The translations under genes and the position numbers were made by a program. A stretch of DNA of 40,049 nt from a virus (lineage: Duplodnaviria > Caudoviricetes): positions 1 through 40,049 of the IMG/VR virus record IMGVR_UViG_3300038365_000080. One strand, written 5' to 3'. Shown one piece after another: positions 18,787-28,810 of the stretch. A model generated the notes under the pieces. That model ran no database searches. It saw nothing but the letters and a program-made list of their open reading frames with translations, and was not told the DNA's origin. Every line of letters begins with the position of its first letter. Positions within the stretch are counted from its first letter, which is position 1.

Positions 18787-19401
18787 TTAGCCCTCCCTTA
18801 TATATAATGGACCAGTACCTGTAAAGTCCACAGTCTCCTGGACTAGACCCTCTACAGGAGTTTCAACACCATCCCCGTTAATGATAGCCAGGCCTTCCAG
18901 GCAAGTCTTGTCTTCTCCAGAGCCCAAGAATAGCTGCATTACTACAGTTTTACCTAGAGAGTCAAAGAATTGAGTATCTCCCCAATAAGCCTCTGCACTC
19001 CCAGACCAGCCTTTTAAGGTACGGACAAACTCTTTCCAACCCTCGCTAGCGAATGTGGTAGCGTCCACATCTTCTCCGTCACCATCAAGGTTCCAGTTGA
19101 AAAAGCCTCCTGCTTGGGCTAGCGTCAGAGCTTTCCCAGACACAGTCACCTCATCATATATATCCCTAGCTTCTTCAAATACAACGATACCCCCAACAGA
19201 CTCCAAAATAAAGCCAGAGGTAACCGCTATGCCTTCTACCTCTACAGTTACAGTATTTGGGCTCCAGTACCGCAAGGAAGTGTCGTCAATTTGAAACCTT
19301 TTCCTGGTTACGTCACCAGTACAAGGTTCATCGGTAAAGGATATGGGAGCTGTATTTACATCAGAAACGTATACAGCTCCAGTCATTCCAGCTATAGCCA
19401 T
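18787..19401 (-). CDS. Second tail-tube-like protein with inserted domain
   Basis: C-terminal half matches 19414-19797 (WNLD..D.TTF...GWKEF...LKGWSGS; FTGTG.L). Confidence 0.75.
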   Translation of the reverse strand: MAIAGMTGAVYVSDVNTAPISFTDEPCTGDVTRKRFQIDDTSLRYWSPNTVTVEVEGIAVTSGFILESVGGIVVFEEARDIYDEVTVSGKALTLAQAGGFFNWNLDGDGEDVDATTFASEGWKEFVRTLKGWSGSAEAYWGDTQFFDSLGKTVVMQLFLGSGEDKTCLEGLAIINGDGVETPVEGLVQETVDFTGTGPLYIREG

Positions 19402-19413
19402 TTATACCACCCC

Positions 19414-19797
19414 TTATGCCGGTAATCCAAGAGCACCAGTACCTGTAAAGTCGCAGCTGAAACTAACCTTATCATCTACAGGGACTTCTATACTGGGCTT
19501 TACAAAGGCGTTCCCTGTGAAAGATACGGTATCACTGACTTTAAGGGTAAAGGTTAGTGCTGTGCCCGATAACCAGGCAGCTAATATGGCTTTTTGGCCG
19601 TTAGTGTCTTCAGGCATGAAGTTGCCTTCTAAACTACCAGACCATTCTTTCAGACCTGCCAGGTATTCTTTCCAGCCTTGGCTATCAAAGCTGGTAATAT
19701 CAATATCGTCAGCCCCTAAATCAAGGCTCCAGTTAGCAATCTCAGCTATCTTGTTAGCCCCAATAGAGACTCCACCACCAGTTCCTTCTATTGCCAT
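19414..19797 (-). CDS. Major tail tube protein
   Basis: WSLD..AD.IDITSFDS.GWKEYLAGLKEWSGS and FTGTGAL motifs. Confidence 0.85.
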   Translation of the reverse strand: MAIEGTGGGVSIGANKIAEIANWSLDLGADDIDITSFDSQGWKEYLAGLKEWSGSLEGNFMPEDTNGQKAILAAWLSGTALTFTLKVSDTVSFTGNAFVKPSIEVPVDDKVSFSCDFTGTGALGLPA

Positions 19798-19799
19798 AG

Positions 19800-20183
19800 T
19801 TAACCAACCTCCTTAATGATTTCAAAGTTTACAAAAAGCTCTACTCTGTTGTTCTCGTCACGCTTTAATATTTCTGGAGAGCCTTTGGCCTTGATAAGCA
19901 AATACTTTGTACCCGATAAAGTCTGTCCGTGAAGCCCATGTAGTGCCTTTACTACAGAGTCTATCTTTGTCCTAGCCAAAGAATAACTGGTATTCCTAGC
20001 CCTTACTTGAAGGCCTGGATATTCTCCCTTCCAATGCAAGTCTGGAGGACTCCCAGCGTACTCAAATAGAACGGTACAATTGTCTGGCTTATCTGGCATT
20101 TGACCTAAAAACAAGTCAGTACCTACAGTTCCTACTTGTTTGGTAGCCAGGTAGGTACTGATAGCTTCCAACATAGACATCAC
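19800..20183 (-). CDS. Tail terminator / minor capsid-type neck protein
   Basis: F.G.MPD.PD, P.LQVR.R, RDEN.R..F..NF motifs; position. Confidence 0.75.
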   Translation of the reverse strand: MMSMLEAISTYLATKQVGTVGTDLFLGQMPDKPDNCTVLFEYAGSPPDLHWKGEYPGLQVRARNTSYSLARTKIDSVVKALHGLHGQTLSGTKYLLIKAKGSPEILKRDENNRVELFVNFEIIKEVG

Positions 20184-20587
20184 CTCAAATCTCTTAGAGC
20201 TTTTTTAATAGCTAAGCCAGCAAACGTCAATACCTTGGCCTTATTACGGTTGAAAGGGTCTTCAAGGTACTTGGGCTTCCCCCCAAGAGGATGTACATAC
20301 CCTAGCTCTTCATGTTGCCTTCTAGCATAGGGAGTGTTAAAGCTGATATATACAGCTGGTTCCTTGCCCTCTCCAATACTTATGGAAGTTCCAGCTTTTG
20401 CTGCTTCATATACTGAAGGGCTGTCAGGCAACATCCCTACAGATACAACCCCGCTACGCCTTAGAGTACCTGACTCTACTGGGGCCTCATCAATAGCCTC
20501 GGTTAATATCTTTTCAGCCCCTAACTGTAGTGCTTTTAAGCCAGCTCTTTTGGCTACTAGGGCTGACTCCTTAATCTTCCACCCCAT
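20180..20587 (-). CDS. HK97 gp10-like neck protein
   Basis: APV.SG.LRRS, NTPYARRQHE, KYLE.P motifs. Confidence 0.8.
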   Translation of the reverse strand: MGWKIKESALVAKRAGLKALQLGAEKILTEAIDEAPVESGTLRRSGVVSVGMLPDSPSVYEAAKAGTSISIGEGKEPAVYISFNTPYARRQHEELGYVHPLGGKPKYLEDPFNRNKAKVLTFAGLAIKKALRDLR

Positions 20588-20883
20588 TACACAGATACCT
20601 CCCGGTGACTGTCGCTACCGTCCAAACTGGGCACCAGGCTGACATTTATAACTGGCCACGTACGCCCTCCGTACTCTAAAGTGTCGTCAGGCTCTACAGA
20701 GTCAGTACAAAATACCAAGGCTTCAGACACAACTTCTCTGCCTTCTTTGTCTCTTACCAACCTTCGTCTACCTTCCCAGCGAACCTTAATAGACTTAGAC
20801 TCGGCAAAGGTAGGTTCCCCATAGCTGTTTACTCCAGTAGCTTGTTGCCAAGTTGCGGTTTGGTTTAAATATCCTTTAATCAT
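20587..20883 (-). CDS. Head-closure (stopper) protein
   Basis: N.YGEP, VR...G.EVVS motifs; position after adaptor. Confidence 0.7.
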   Translation of the reverse strand: MIKGYLNQTATWQQATGVNSYGEPTFAESKSIKVRWEGRRRLVRDKEGREVVSEALVFCTDSVEPDDTLEYGGRTWPVINVSLVPSLDGSDSHREVSV

Positions 20884-21401
20884 GTTACCAACACCGCCCC
20901 AGCCAAATATGACTTTAACAGCTCTTTAGCTTCCAGAGACAGAAACCCTTTGCCTGGCATAACCCCATAAGATTCTCTCAATGACCCAATAGTTATGGAG
21001 GTTACGCCCTCTTGTCTGAGCTTTAGTCTTTGGCTGTTGCCTCTCTCTAACATAGCCAAAGCCTCTTCACAACAGGCCTTCTTGACGTTTTTGTGTACTG
21101 ATACTTCACAGTACCAATCCCGGTCATATATTGATTCAGCAAGATTACCCACATAGTCCCATTCTCCAGCCAAGGGGTATCTCTTGTAGCATCTTGGGAA
21201 TTTTAGAACCTGGCTAGAATCTTTGAGTTTACCCTTGTATAATTGCCTATCTAGTACTTTCGTTGCCATAATTAAAGCCTGTGCTTGCTGTTCAGCTGTG
21301 GCCTCAAACCAGGCAGTAGACCACAGCCTTTCAGCAAAATAGGCAGTTGCATCTGCTACTGAAATATAGGAATTTGTTCCGACTATGAGATTAACTGCCA
21401 T
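20880..21401 (-). CDS. Head-tail adaptor (DnaT-like domain family)
   Basis: NSY.SVA.A..YF, AL..AT..LD, Q.L.FPR, V..A..E.AL motifs. Confidence 0.8.
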   Translation of the reverse strand: MAVNLIVGTNSYISVADATAYFAERLWSTAWFEATAEQQAQALIMATKVLDRQLYKGKLKDSSQVLKFPRCYKRYPLAGEWDYVGNLAESIYDRDWYCEVSVHKNVKKACCEEALAMLERGNSQRLKLRQEGVTSITIGSLRESYGVMPGKGFLSLEAKELLKSYLAGAVLVT

Positions 21402-21427
21402 TAATTACACCCCCTTAGAAGGGTATT

Positions 21428-22047
21428 TTACACTACAAGATATGCGTCTACCACTTTCCCGGCCAGAGCTGAGTTCAGGTCAATTGTGTTACCCTCAAAG
21501 TCAGTTGCGCTAACCGCAACAGTCGGGGCAGTGCCCTCTTTGGTATTATCCAAGAAAGCAAACAGAACTGTGTTGTGAGCCAGTTTGAAGGGCAGTCCTA
21601 ACTTATCCCCAAAACCTATAGTCACAGTAACATCAGCACCATCCATAGCCGGAATCTCTACCTTGGTCACAGTCTTGAAAGCACTATTACCCGACACAGT
21701 ACCAGCAGTACCAGCAGTAAATGCCGGCAGGTCTTCAGTTATGACCTCGTCTGCATAGTTAGTTCCAGTAACTTTAACCTGTACCGCTTTGATATTGGCT
21801 GCGGTAGCACAAGCTACAGTGGCTGAGATATTTCTGGGTACTGCAGGAGCAGTAAACTCAGTTTCAACAGTAACTGTAGTATCTGCACTACACGCAATAG
21901 CAGCATGAACTGCGTCATTATCAGCAGCTACAGCATTAGCTGCACTTACCTGAAAATGAGCTAAAAAGCCCCTGTCTACGGATACACCTTCACTCCAGTT
22001 TGCATCAGTTGTCCAAGTAACGGATTAAACGGATAAAATCCACCCAT
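21428..22047 (-). pseudogene. Post-capsid structural (decoration-like) gene broken by a 1-nt frameshift near 21991
   Basis: GGAGG RBS plus ATG 22047 (MGGFYPFNPLLGQLMQTG) stops early; adjacent frame continues EGVSVDRGFLAH...VPRNI...AFKTVT to 21428; span of 620 nt is one short of a codon multiple. Confidence 0.7.
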
Positions 22048-22165
22048 TTTATTACCTCCCTTTTCATGCTAATCCGAAATATTTACAAGCAAATTCGTGC
22101 GTTTATATTCCCCGGTGAACTACCGCCCATTTAGAAATTTTTAGACAGTTTTTAGCTTGTAATTT

Positions 22166-23107
22166 TTACGGTACTAATACCGCAAAAGGATACCGGGATG
22201 CTTCGTCCGGGCTTTGTCTATTGATAGGATTAGGAACCTGCCAGGCTAACCGCATGACACAGCGCAAAGCTACCATGTCTTGCTGGGCCAGATTGTATAT
22301 GATTGCCCCGGTATTGTCCTGGATTACAGCCTCAGTCAAGATTTTGTAGGTAATGTCCTGACGCATGGAATATACAGCCTGTTTCCACTCTCCAGAGAAC
22401 ATATAGGCTGAAGCAGATGTGAAAGCACCATTCTTTACGAACTGCATTGCTTCACCGTCCAGCTGGTAAGCAGTTTTATCAGCCATAGATTTTGTAAAGA
22501 TAGGCACTCCATTAGCATCCCGCAAACCTCTCAACTTGGCTTTCATGGTATTTAAGGCTACATGGCCATCTACAGAAAACCCATCATCCTCAATCAGAGC
22601 CAGTACACCGTTTTCACCCATAATATCGTCATAGATATCAGCACCAGTGCCAAGTTTAACAGTGGAGCCGGCAGCGGTAGCAGCAGTCAGAATAGCATCA
22701 GGCCAAGAAGCAGGTTTATTGGTACCTACCAATACAGCAGCATCAATAACGATACCAAAAGCCTCCATGATTCTGGGCTTTACTTCGCCCCAGATGTCGT
22801 AATCAGCGTCATCCAGCACGGATTCAGGAATAGGTACGATACAAGCAATCTCTTCAGCGTTGAGATATTTGTTATCCCAGGCCATTTCAGTAGTCTGTTT
22901 CAGGCCATTATCGCCAGTAACAAAGTAAGCAGTAGGCAAAGCAGACAGAACCGGCATTCTCTGTTGAGCTCTGGACATATTGGGGAGTCTACGCAGTAAC
23001 TGTAAACAAGCAGAATTTACAGCAATTCCTTGGATTATCTCTCTGCTCACCTCTTCAGGAATAAGAGCAGCGGCATCAGTACGATTAATCAAACCATTGT
23101 ACGGCAT
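22166..23107 (-). CDS. Major capsid protein (HK97 fold)
   Basis: LIPEEVSREII, AEEIACIVPI, QQDMVALR motifs; follows scaffold. Confidence 0.93.
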   Translation of the reverse strand: MPYNGLINRTDAAALIPEEVSREIIQGIAVNSACLQLLRRLPNMSRAQQRMPVLSALPTAYFVTGDNGLKQTTEMAWDNKYLNAEEIACIVPIPESVLDDADYDIWGEVKPRIMEAFGIVIDAAVLVGTNKPASWPDAILTAATAAGSTVKLGTGADIYDDIMGENGVLALIEDDGFSVDGHVALNTMKAKLRGLRDANGVPIFTKSMADKTAYQLDGEAMQFVKNGAFTSASAYMFSGEWKQAVYSMRQDITYKILTEAVIQDNTGAIIYNLAQQDMVALRCVMRLAWQVPNPINRQSPDEASRYPFAVLVP

Positions 23108-23130
23108 ATTATCATTACCTCCTTAAATTT

Positions 23131-23694
23131 TTATCTACCCAAAGCACCACGGATAAAACTGTTCATACCGGCATTCTCTCCGGCAGTAGTATCGCCACCA
23201 GGAGGATTGCCCCCACCCCCTACAGGTTGGGTTTCACTGAACAGGTATGCATCCGATTGCTGTAGGTTTTTTAGTTGGTCATCAAGACCCAGCAATTTCT
23301 CACCATCAAGCTTTATGCCTTCAAGATTAAGCAGAGCCTTGACAGCTTTGGTATTCTTTACTTTTCCGGCAGTTAATGCTCTATCTAGAGCAAAATCAAA
23401 CTGTAATTGAGCTACTTTTTTGTCATACTCTTCAGTTGTGGTCTTATTGGCCTCCTGAAGTTTCTGCAGCTCTTTTTTCATTTCTTCATTCCCAGCAGCC
23501 TTACCCTCAAGGTCTTTTAACTGCTGGTCTCTCTGTTTGAGTTGGTCTTTTAGAGCTTTCAGTTCCTCATTGAACTTAGCACGTGGTATGTAACTCCCGT
23601 CATTAACCACAGCCAGTTCGGTATCGCCCAGAGCCTTTTCAACCTCTGGAGTAAACAGGTTTCCCAACAACTTTTTCAATACTTCTTTCGACAT
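23131..23694 (-). CDS. Capsid scaffolding protein (Phage GP20 family)
   Basis: YIP..KF.E, coiled coil, KAVKALL, GLDDQL..L..SD.YLF. Confidence 0.9.
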   Translation of the reverse strand: MSKEVLKKLLGNLFTPEVEKALGDTELAVVNDGSYIPRAKFNEELKALKDQLKQRDQQLKDLEGKAAGNEEMKKELQKLQEANKTTTEEYDKKVAQLQFDFALDRALTAGKVKNTKAVKALLNLEGIKLDGEKLLGLDDQLKNLQQSDAYLFSETQPVGGGGNPPGGDTTAGENAGMNSFIRGALGR

Positions 23695-23707
23695 CTTCTC
23701 AACCTCC

Positions 23708-23778
23708 TATTTTTTAGGCTGGCAATTCTCCAGCTAGAGTATCGTGTTCTTTAGGCTCTGCACCTTTAAAAAGAGCAG
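23708..23778 (-). promoter_or_regulatory. Tandem hairpin cis-element in the scaffold leader (GP20-type RNA motif candidate)
   Basis: Minus strand: GCTCT..AGAGC-CTAAA and GCTGG..CCAGC-CTAAA directly before the AGGAGG RBS. Confidence 0.5.
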
Positions 23779-23789
23779 TAGATACTGAA

Positions 23790-24587
23790 TCACCCCCTGT
23801 TTTCCAGTTTAGCTATCTCTGCGTCTAAGTCAACGTGCATACCATAAGCATGTTTACATCTGGGGTGGAATAACCCAGCAGCCTTGGCTTCTTCTAAGGT
23901 TGGATAGCCCTTTGTTTTACCAGTCAGCGATAGTATCTTACCCTCCCAGGGAGCACATTTTTCACATTCTCCTGGGTGATTCGTTATTTTAATCAAATCG
24001 TGACCATGTTCAAGTATTCGATTCTTAGTACCCTCCAGATGAGCCTCAGCCGTGGTGGTAATAGCAACCATTTCGGTGTATGCTCTCATATTCCATTTAC
24101 GACCAGCTCTGTCTGTAAACCCAGTAAGGCCATTCTTAGCCAAGTCCTCTTTGTACTGACGAGCAACTTGTTGCCAAGTCTTGTACCCAACCACACTAGA
24201 CCGCATATTTTCCAGAGCTAAAGCACGATAAACATCATCAACTCTGCGTCCTATGTAGCTGGTCATGTCTTCAAGCCTACCAAAAGCAGAATCTGCCAGA
24301 ACTTGAGCAGATTGCTGATGGATAGCTCCAAAACTAGGCATTTTACCAGGCATATCCTTATCTACTCCCTTAGTAGCATAAGTATATACCTGGGGGATAG
24401 CCTTTTTGCACCACTCTCTTGAGCCCTTACGCAAATCTGCCAAGATAGATTGAGTGTTTTTCTTTAACCCAACTAGATACTCAGTCTGATTGCCTTTCAT
24501 CAAGGCCCTCTCAATCTGTTTAGTCAGGTCTTTTTCGGCTCTTTCATACAGTTTTATCAGATTCTGTACTTGCTTGTCACTGAACAT
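23790..24587 (-). CDS. Minor capsid / head morphogenesis protein (SPP1 gp7-like)
   Basis: D.AGRKW...Y.EM, C..CAPWEGK, GLFHPRC.H motifs. Confidence 0.88.
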   Translation of the reverse strand: MFSDKQVQNLIKLYERAEKDLTKQIERALMKGNQTEYLVGLKKNTQSILADLRKGSREWCKKAIPQVYTYATKGVDKDMPGKMPSFGAIHQQSAQVLADSAFGRLEDMTSYIGRRVDDVYRALALENMRSSVVGYKTWQQVARQYKEDLAKNGLTGFTDRAGRKWNMRAYTEMVAITTTAEAHLEGTKNRILEHGHDLIKITNHPGECEKCAPWEGKILSLTGKTKGYPTLEEAKAAGLFHPRCKHAYGMHVDLDAEIAKLENRG

Positions 24588-25981
24588 TATTCCTCATCCT
24601 CTCCAGGGATAGTAACTTCTGGAGGTTCTGGTTTTTCTGCTTCTATCTTGTCCAGTTCTTCTTGCAACTGTTTCCCGGTTAACCCATACAATCTTTTGAC
24701 AGAACTCTCCAAGCTGCTGAGGCCAGCTCCAAATCTCTGAATCTCAACCTGAGTATCTTCCACAGGGTCATTAGGCAGTCCATCTTGCCAATCAATATTA
24801 ATATTCTCCAGTCTCATTGCCCCAGTTGTGCTCTGTGCTACTTCCAGTTCTGAAGCTATTCGCAAAGCCTTTTTCATAGCAGGGTCAAATCGCATCCTTA
24901 TCCTATTTACTTTAGCCAGAGGGGCCATCATTAATCTCTTTAAAGCTGACCCACTTTCTGCCAGTCCTGATTTAAGTTCACCAAAACAGGCTGCACTGGT
25001 TTCACTCAGCATAAATAACTGAGCCATTAACACATCTATTTCTTTGAAAGCTGCTTCTAATTGACCTTCCCACACGATATATCCTGGGGGTTTTTCTTGG
25101 TCATCTACTGGGAAGAATTTACCTCCAGCGATAAACTTGGTCTCTCCAGTAACAGGGTCAACAGTCAGAGCCGATTCTGGGCCGTACATATTTGGGTCAC
25201 TGTGCTTGTCCAGAATTTTAGCTATTTGAGCCAGTCTGGTTTCAAGTTCTTGAATAATAGCATCAAGGTCAGAATAATCATCCATACCTATAATAGTATC
25301 TGTGGTTACTATGTTATTTACTGGAATAATCAACATGTCCTTGATGTTAGTAGCTTGAATTTTTTCAGGCTCCATCAAACTACCCAACTTATCCCCAGTA
25401 CATTTGTACTTGCGGTATGTAATCTTGCCTTTCTCATGAATCTCGCAATATAATACCTTCTGTTTCTTGTTACCAACTACCCCCGGTACTATCTCTTCCA
25501 CAACCCAAGCCAGAACTTGATGCGTTATTTCTTTCAAGTTAGCAGGATTAACCACAGGAAACCAATAAGTAGGGGGTTGGCCCTCAATTATGCTCTTGCT
25601 ACCATCGTGTCTTACTTTGAGTAAACCCACACCAAATCTAGATACGTCAATAGCCACTTCATACGATACGTTGAGGAACTCATCACCCATCAGATTCTTC
25701 AGGGCTAACTGTTCTTTGGAGTCAGGGTCACCAGCAGTAATCTGAGGCGGTTCACCCAGCAGTAAGTCAGCCCACAATAGACTCAATCTCTTGTTCCAGT
25801 TCAGTATCAGTTCCAGAACAGCTTTTTCATCTTCCCGCAGCAGCTTGACCCAATTCTTGAATACTCTTTCGTGTCTTCCTTTAAACAGGTCTTTGTTTTG
25901 TTCATACAGTTTTAATCTCTCTGCCTCTTCTGGTGGAGGCCATTGTTTACCAGGATTAAGAAAGTACAATGACGTTAACAT
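24587..25981 (-). CDS. Portal protein (SPP1/A118-like)
   Basis: 464 aa after terL; G.DDY.D, ESG.ALK, I.W.DGLP.D motifs. Confidence 0.9.
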   Translation of the reverse strand: MLTSLYFLNPGKQWPPPEEAERLKLYEQNKDLFKGRHERVFKNWVKLLREDEKAVLELILNWNKRLSLLWADLLLGEPPQITAGDPDSKEQLALKNLMGDEFLNVSYEVAIDVSRFGVGLLKVRHDGSKSIIEGQPPTYWFPVVNPANLKEITHQVLAWVVEEIVPGVVGNKKQKVLYCEIHEKGKITYRKYKCTGDKLGSLMEPEKIQATNIKDMLIIPVNNIVTTDTIIGMDDYSDLDAIIQELETRLAQIAKILDKHSDPNMYGPESALTVDPVTGETKFIAGGKFFPVDDQEKPPGYIVWEGQLEAAFKEIDVLMAQLFMLSETSAACFGELKSGLAESGSALKRLMMAPLAKVNRIRMRFDPAMKKALRIASELEVAQSTTGAMRLENINIDWQDGLPNDPVEDTQVEIQRFGAGLSSLESSVKRLYGLTGKQLQEELDKIEAEKPEPPEVTIPGEDEE

Positions 25982-25984
25982 TTA

Positions 25985-27253
25985 TTAGCACCCCCTTGGT
26001 TTATTCACAGGCCCTAAGTGTTTCTTCATATCGTCCTCACAAGCGTACCGAGTAGCATCAATAGTGTGGTTATTCTCATCCTCCAGCTTGTTCTTGATGT
26101 TACCATCCTTATCTATCTGGTAGTCTATACTCTCGTATTCTCTGGCTATGTTTGGAGTTCTCCTAGAATCTATGACTATCTCTTCCAGGTCATCCAGCCA
26201 TTTCTCACCGTATTCTACACTGCCAGGGCCTTTTCTAGCCCCAAAGCACCTGAGCCCATACGTTTTCATTTCGTCAACACTCTTGGGCTCTGCTGAATCT
26301 GCCTTGATTCTTGTATCGTTGCACTTCTTACTTATTATTTCTGTAGCTGCTTCTCTGTTACTGAGCTTGACCCCATATACTTCATCGATAAAGTAAATTA
26401 TCCTTTTCCTCTTATCGTAGTGTAACCGAACAAAAGCAAAGGGGTCAGCAGCATAGCCCCAGTCTATTCCCTGTCGTATGTTATCAAATCTGGCTATCTC
26501 TGCATCTGTTATCTCTCTGAATACCAAATTATCAAAGGGTACTACTCCACCACCTATCGGTTCACCCAAATAAATCCACTTATATTTGTGTAGGTTCCTC
26601 TTCTTGTCTTCTTCTGCCTCTTCCAGAAAGGCTTCAGAAACATGTGGATTATCCATGTAGGTTGAGTGATGCACGTATGTATTAGGAGGCAGAAACTGGG
26701 TGTTGTACTTTTTGTTCACCCAGTTCTGCTTCCGTTTGGGGGGGTTATAGGAAAAGAAGATGTTGTATTTTAAGCCTCTGGCCAATTTGGCCCTGAGTAC
26801 AGACTTAACTATTGTGTCTACTTCTTCTTCAGTCTTAAATTCGCTGAGTTCTTCAATCCACAGTATAGTAATAGGGTATTTCGAGGTCTTGATACTCTTG
26901 ATTTTATTAGGCTCGTCTGCCCCTCTGAATATTATCCTATTCCCTCTGGGTAAGTATACCAGTCCTAATGGGCTCTTGGTTGATTTCCAGTATTTACCAA
27001 CACCCAAATAGTCAATAGCCCAACACAGTTGCTCAAATACCGACTCACTTAGGGTGTTTGCTACTTTCCTAATAACCAAAGCATTTACTGGGTGTCTCAT
27101 CATATCAACAATTATGCGTTCACTAATATGAGTGGACTTAGCACTGTTTCGTCCACCCTTTAATACTTTATATAGATACTTCTCATCGTTACAAGCTAAC
27201 CAAAAAGGATGAAACGCTGGAAGTATTTTTTCGCTCAGTCTTAACTGTATCAT
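25985..27253 (-). CDS. terL: Terminase large subunit (PBSX family)
   Basis: KGGRNSAKS, IEE, SYNPP, GIDWG..DP, ADSAEP, NH.IDA.RY. Confidence 0.96.
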   Translation of the reverse strand: MIQLRLSEKILPAFHPFWLACNDEKYLYKVLKGGRNSAKSTHISERIIVDMMRHPVNALVIRKVANTLSESVFEQLCWAIDYLGVGKYWKSTKSPLGLVYLPRGNRIIFRGADEPNKIKSIKTSKYPITILWIEELSEFKTEEEVDTIVKSVLRAKLARGLKYNIFFSYNPPKRKQNWVNKKYNTQFLPPNTYVHHSTYMDNPHVSEAFLEEAEEDKKRNLHKYKWIYLGEPIGGGVVPFDNLVFREITDAEIARFDNIRQGIDWGYAADPFAFVRLHYDKRKRIIYFIDEVYGVKLSNREAATEIISKKCNDTRIKADSAEPKSVDEMKTYGLRCFGARKGPGSVEYGEKWLDDLEEIVIDSRRTPNIAREYESIDYQIDKDGNIKNKLEDENNHTIDATRYACEDDMKKHLGPVNKPRGC

Positions 27254-27741
27254 TTGATATCGTCTATAATCTGAACCTGCATATCGGCATCAACCTTCAG
27301 ATTATCTGTAAACATACCCAGATGCCTACCCAATAACTCCAGGGCTTTCAACTTGTCATGCAACTTGACTTTCCTGGTCTTGGTTTTACCGTTTATAGTC
27401 TCTTCAATACTTGATAAGACCTTACCATCAACTTGGTCGCAAGGTCTAAGGCCGATTCTACCAGTTTTAGTCCATTTGACGAAGTCAGTCAAGTCAGCAA
27501 AAGCTATCCTGGCAAGCTCCGCAATAACCATATCAGGGGTAACCCCCATAAGTTTGCGCTCCTCAATTCTCTCGTCAATCAAAGCCTTTATGTCTGGATT
27601 ATTCAGCAGGTTCTGACCTGTACCCCCGTTCTTGTAACCAGCTCTAAGAGCAGCCTGGTAGGAGTCCAGGTCTTTCAGGTATTCCTCCACAAATAAAAGC
27701 TGTTTACCATAAAAAACCATATCCACCACCCTCACGCGCAC
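27250..27741 (-). CDS. terS: Terminase small subunit (start may be ATG 27720)
   Basis: KQ..FVEEYL.D....AA.RAGY, ELARIAF, KL.DKLKALELLGRHLGMF. Confidence 0.92.
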   Translation of the reverse strand: MRVRVVDMVFYGKQLLFVEEYLKDLDSYQAALRAGYKNGGTGQNLLNNPDIKALIDERIEERKLMGVTPDMVIAELARIAFADLTDFVKWTKTGRIGLRPCDQVDGKVLSSIEETINGKTKTRKVKLHDKLKALELLGRHLGMFTDNLKVDADMQVQIIDDIK

Positions 27742-27772
27742 ATACTATTAACTATCTCTATTATAACCTATT

Positions 27773-28267
27773 TTACTGTCCGGCGGGGCTTGAATTTTTA
27801 ATGGGCTTTAATCCGTAGCTTCTATCATCGAGATAGCCGAAACACCACGCTAATTTACGAATTAGTTTATTTTTCCTAGTGTAGAAAGGATACCGTGAGA
27901 TGCCCATAATATCACATATCTCTTCCCAAGTAAGCTGGTCCCAGTAAATCAACTTTACCATAGCTTTTTCCTCTCCGGTCAGTACAGTTTCCAGACTTTT
28001 TTCCACTATTTCTTTTGTAGCTTTCAGTTTACGTATCTTTCGCTGGAGCCTCTGTACTTCTTGATTCTCGATACGTTCAATTGCTGCTCTCTCCACCTTA
28101 TTACCGACACTATACATTTTACCCTCTACACGTTCATATCTCCCAACTGTTCTGGGGCTTATACAATCCTTTACAATATTCAATTGCTCCGTCAAAGCCT
28201 CAACTCTTACTTCCATACCAGGATATGTATACAGTAGCCGTTCCGTAGCTCTGTACCACTTATCCAT
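27773..28267 (-). CDS. ArpU/RinA-family late transcription activator
   Basis: E..L..Y N-terminus, VE..AI, C-terminal sigma4-like HTH; immediately upstream of terS. Confidence 0.8.
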   Translation of the reverse strand: MDKWYRATERLLYTYPGMEVRVEALTEQLNIVKDCISPRTVGRYERVEGKMYSVGNKVERAAIERIENQEVQRLQRKIRKLKATKEIVEKSLETVLTGEEKAMVKLIYWDQLTWEEICDIMGISRYPFYTRKNKLIRKLAWCFGYLDDRSYGLKPIKNSSPAGQ

Positions 28268-28295
28268 CCTTTCCAGCCTCCCTTCCCTTTCTTCT

Positions 28296-28325
28296 ATTAT
28301 ACCTAACCACTACAAAGCCGGTAAA
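28296..28325 (-). promoter_or_regulatory. Sigma-A-like leftward promoter
   Basis: TTTACC-18nt-TATAAT upstream of the ArpU-like gene RBS. Confidence 0.55.
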
Positions 28326-28810
28326 GGCCGATTTTTTCGTCCCTTTTTTCGAAAAAATCGTCCTCTCTTTTCATAAAAATCGTCCTCACATTTCGAAAAA
28401 TCGGCTTTTTTATCAACAAAAAACTAAAAAATCGGCTTCACTTTTACAACCAACTGCTCATTCTTCCACAGCTAGACCAAAAAGCCGATTTTTTCCCGAA
28501 CTCTTTAATATAAGGGACTTTTCTTTATATATAACTCTCTAGCTTTTAACTTAAAGAATAAAAAAACGTCGGTTATATACTCTAACTTAATAATTTACTC
28601 ATCTTACAGTGTAACCACCCCCGACGATTTTTTACTTTTTCCTTGGTAAAAAAGCCGATTTTTTATTTTCACCCTTGTAAAAAAGGGACGATTTTTTTCG
28701 CCTTCCCAAAAATAAAAGCCGATTTTTTTACCAACAAAACCGAAAATTTTCGAAAATCTTGTAAAAAAATTTTTCGACAAGAACTTGTAATCGTTTTTTC
28801 GATTTTTACG
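28325..28810. repeat. AT-rich region with iterated (G/A)CGATTTTT motifs in both orientations
   Basis: AAAAGCCGATTTTTT near 28480, 28650, 28714; inverted AAAAATCGGCTT near 28396, 28427; variants AAAATCGTCC and GACGATTTTT. Confidence 0.75.

Noticed and set aside
28325-28810. CRISPR-like array
   Set aside because: Repeats are short, degenerate, in both orientations and irregularly spaced
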